64,000 bases of DNA from Mobula hypostoma (Eukaryota): positions 2,790,001 through 2,854,000 of the forward strand of contig NC_086097.1 of NCBI RefSeq assembly GCF_963921235.1, written 5' to 3'. This document shows positions 60,828 to 64,000 of this stretch, one piece after another (position 1 is the first letter of the stretch; each line of letters starts with the position of its first letter). The position numbers and the translations under genes were made by a program. Under the pieces are notes generated by a model. The model was not told where the DNA came from, did no database searches, and worked only from the letters and a program-made list of their open reading frames with translations.

Positions 60828-61600
60828 CAGGTTGAGCACTCCTTATCCAAAATGCTTGGGGCTGGAAGTGTTTTAGGTTTTGGAGTATTTTGGATTTTGG
60901 AAAATATAATGAGATCGTTTGGGATTGCCATCATTGCCGACTCTGATTTTATGTTCTACCACGAAGCAGGGTTTGTCTTACACTTGTTCAGCACACATCA
61001 GTACATAACGGTAAAAAATATTACCCACTATTACTATGAAAATATAATGTATGCAGGGTAACAAAAGCGACAGAACAGCATCGGGAGAATACCTAAATCA
61101 GCTGGTAAACAACAAAGTATTTGTATTTACTTTTTTTAGGTTTTATGTAAGGGATAAAAATAATCAGCATTTTAGACTAGTTCTGCTGCTAGATTCTCAT
61201 GATCAGCAGATGCTTTAAAAATTCAATGCCATGCCTTTCCTTAAATTTCTGCAACCAGCCTGCTGAATATTCAGAATTACTTTCAATTTTCAGTTTGTCG
61301 TGACAGATCTTTTCTTGTTTCACGATCAGCATACCGTTAAGCTGTGTATGTTCACTGTTTTGATGATCAATGTCTGATCACTACCTTCTTTTTGGCTCCA
61401 TGTAGTTTTTTTCTATTTTTTTTCATTAACTCCCATTCATTACATATGCGAGGCTACTTCTCAGAGCTGTCTGTGGTGAGCAGGGACCTGTGCTTCACCT
61501 GAGGACCTTCCCGGCGTTTTGTAGAATTTTCCATGAGTGATCCACGTCAGCGCTAAGACAAAATTCGGATTTCAGAGGTTTCGGTGATAGGTGGATAAGG
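60828..61600 (-). mobile_element. Tigger/pogo DNA transposon relic
   Basis: TIR-like CAGGTTGAGCACTCCTTATCCAAAATGCTTGGG; minus-strand CENP-B-type HTH YSAGWLQKFKERHGI at about 61225-61270. Confidence 0.75.
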
Positions 61601-61900
61601 AGAAGCCTGGAGGTACTGGGGAGCCAGAGAAGGGAATGGGAGAGGAGGAAAGGGGGAGGGGAATAAGTAACAGAGGTCAGAGAAGTCAATGTCCATGCCA
61701 TCAGGTTGGAAGCTATCCAGATGGAATTGGAGGTGTTGCTTCTCCAACCTGAGGGAGACCTCATCATGGGAGTAGAGGAAGCCATGGACCGACATGTCAG
61801 AACAGGAATGTGAATTGGAAATGAAATGATTGGCTGCTTGTTGTAGACAGCACCAAGATGCTCAACAAAATGGTCCTCCAATCTAGGTTGGGTCACATCA
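61600..61900 (-). mobile_element. Penelope GIY-YIG C-terminal fragment
   Basis: MSVHGFLYSHDEVSLRLEKQHLQFHLDSFQPDGMDIDFS. Confidence 0.75.
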
Positions 61901-62189
61901 GGCACTCCAGATACAGCGGATACTTGGGTCACAATTCAGCAAAGGCACTGGAGCATTTATAGTTTGAAGTCCTCCGAGAGGATGATACGTGTTAGCTAGA
62001 GATACTGGAAAAAGACTGTCTGAATTGAGGAACTTAGTAAAAGCTGAAAAGTGTCTGTGTGCATGAACTGAGGGTAAGATGGATGGGAAAGTAAGACAGT
62101 GCTAATGAGAAGCTGGTGTGGTTTGCAGCAGTGAGGTGGTTTTGGAATATTATTGAAGAAAAATCTATGTCACTAGATGAATTTAAGGC

Positions 62190-63337
62190 CATCAGACCAT
62201 AAAGCATCAAACGTAGGAGCAGAGCTAGACCTTAGGGCCCATCGAGTCTGCTCTGACATTACATCATGGCTGACTTATTAACCCTCTCAACCCCATTCTC
62301 CTGCATCTCCCTGTAACCTTTGACTCACTGATTAATCAAGAACCTATCAACCTCTGCTTTAAATATACCCAATGACTTTGTTGTAGCGTGGATGAAATCA
62401 CCAGAGAGACAGTCAGTGGTAGATACAAAGCAGCTTCTTTATTCGACACAACAAGGTACAGCAGACATCTACGGAAGGAGACGCTTTCCGCAGAAAGGTC
62501 TGCTAGCTCAATGTGGGCTCGATATTTATATGCTAAACACAAAGGCAATCGCTACTTAAAAAGTTACAGACAATGCATAGACAATGCTTCCTATTGAAGC
62601 TACATACAAAATATCACACCTTCCTTTCCTTCCGATGCCAACATGTCTGAGTTGGTATCCACAGCCTTTAGGATTTACTTGGCATTTTACGTGCTAACAT
62701 AGAAGACAATTAACATTTATAATGTGTAGATAAGACTGTCTTCGAAACTACAGCATCCGGTCAAACTACGGTGCCAGAAGCATCTGGTATTTACACCTTT
62801 TAGGAAGCCCATTGTGGTGGACTCAATCCACAGTACTTTGTCAAATAGAAGTCTGGTGGCCAATGTCATTTAAGTGTAAACAAATCATCTACCCAAAAAC
62901 TCACTCTAACAGACTTCGCCTCCACAGCTGCCTGTGGCAATGAATTCCACAGATTCTCCACTCACTGCTAAAGAAATTCCTCCTCATCTCTTTTCTAAGT
63001 GATATATATGTCCCTATATCCTGACGCTGCGCTCTGTGGTCCTAGACACCTCACTATAGGAAACATCCTCTCCACATCCATTCGATCCAGGCCTTTCAAT
63101 ATTTGATAGGTTGCTTTGAGATCCCCCATTATTCTTCTAAACTCCAGCGAGTACAGGGTCAGAGCCATCTAACGCTCCTCATACATTAACCCTTTCATCC
63201 TTAGAATCATTCTCGTGAACCTCCTCTGGATCCTCTCCAATGCCAGCACATCTTTTCTTAGATAAGGGGCCTAAAACTGCTTACAATACTCTGTACAGTT
63301 TGATAATGCCTTATAATCTCTCAGCATTACATCCTTA
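62190..63337 (-). mobile_element. CR1 3' fragment interrupted by a solo LTR
   Basis: Homologous to the CR1 3' fragment at 33185-33855. Confidence 0.8.
62379..62911 (-). mobile_element. Solo LTR (533 bp) with 5-bp TSD GACTT, inverted homolog of 4767-5326
   Basis: TGTT...AACA termini; GACTT at 62374-62378 and 62912-62916. Confidence 0.9.
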
Positions 63338-63426
63338 GAGAACAGAAGCTATCTTGTTACATTTTACATTACCCAAGTTATGCAAGAGCACTGGCACTCT
63401 GGTTGCAATTCTGTCTGTTATGAGGA

Positions 63427-64000
63427 TCAACACACATCAAGTTGCTGGTGAACGCAGCAGGCCAGGCAGCATCTCTAGGAAGAGGTACAGTCGACGTTTC
63501 GGGCCAAGACCCTTCATCAGGACCAACTAAAAGAAGAGCTAGTAAGAGATTTGAAAGTGGGAGGGGGAGATCTAAAATGATAGGAGAAGACAGGAGGGGG
63601 AGGGATGGAGCCAAGAGCTGGACAGGTGATTGGCAAAAGGGATATGAGAGGATCATGGGACAGGAGGCCCAGGGAGAAGGAAAAGGGGGAGGGGGGGAAA
63701 CCCAGAGGATGGGCAAAGGTATAGTCAGAGGGACAGAGGGAGAAAAAGGAGAGAGAGAAAAAGAATATGTGTATATAAATATATAACGGATGGGGTACGA
63801 GGGGGAGGTGGGGCATTAGCGGAAGTTAGAGAAGTCAATGTTCATGCCATCAGGTTGGAGGCTACCCAGACGGAATATAAGGTGTTGTTCCTCCAACCTG
63901 AGTGTGGCTTCATCTTTACAGTAGAGGAGGCCGTGGATAGACATGTCAGAATGGGAATGGGACGTGGAATTAAAATGTGTGTCCACTGGGAGACCCTGCT
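63427..64000 (-). mobile_element. Penelope-like element 3' end (GIY-YIG C-terminus plus pLTR), runs off the window
   Basis: THFNSTSHSHSDMSIHGLLYCKDEATLRLEEQHLIFRLGSLQPDGMNIDFSNFR*. Confidence 0.85.
63488..63524 (-). ncRNA. Minimal type I hammerhead ribozyme motif
   Basis: GGTC CTGATGA A GGG TCTTGG CCC GAAA CG TC GACTG: intact CUGAUGA/GAAA/GUC core, stems I and II, and a palindromic minimal stem III. Confidence 0.7.

Overview
Eukaryotic, transposon-saturated DNA. The repeat content suggests a cartilaginous fish (ray or shark; inferred): dense CR1, Rex1/Babar, L1 and L2 LINE fragments, an HE1/V-SINE-like piece, Penelope-derived elements, Gypsy and solo LTRs, and Tc1, Tigger and hAT relics. The only host gene I can support is a compact two-exon cytochrome c oxidase subunit 8 (COX8) gene on the + strand (CDS 25736-25846 + 26480-26575, 68 aa, CpG-rich, AATAAA at 26751). 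The ORF track shows it only as two unrelated short ORFs. Nearly all other ORFs are decayed TE fragments or antisense shadows. The most unusual structures are: (i) a 35-bp CCAAT-containing tandem array (55853-59783) whose three consecutive units were each hit at the same few bases by three unrelated retroelements; (ii) a perfect 83-bp-arm palindrome centred on a Penelope hammerhead-ribozyme motif (21784-21951); (iii) several minimal hammerhead motifs, one with an intact core; (iv) locally templated insertions and micro-inversions; (v) large inverted TE pairs. TE boundaries without a stated target-site duplication (TSD) are approximate. Family names come from recognised motifs, not from database searches.
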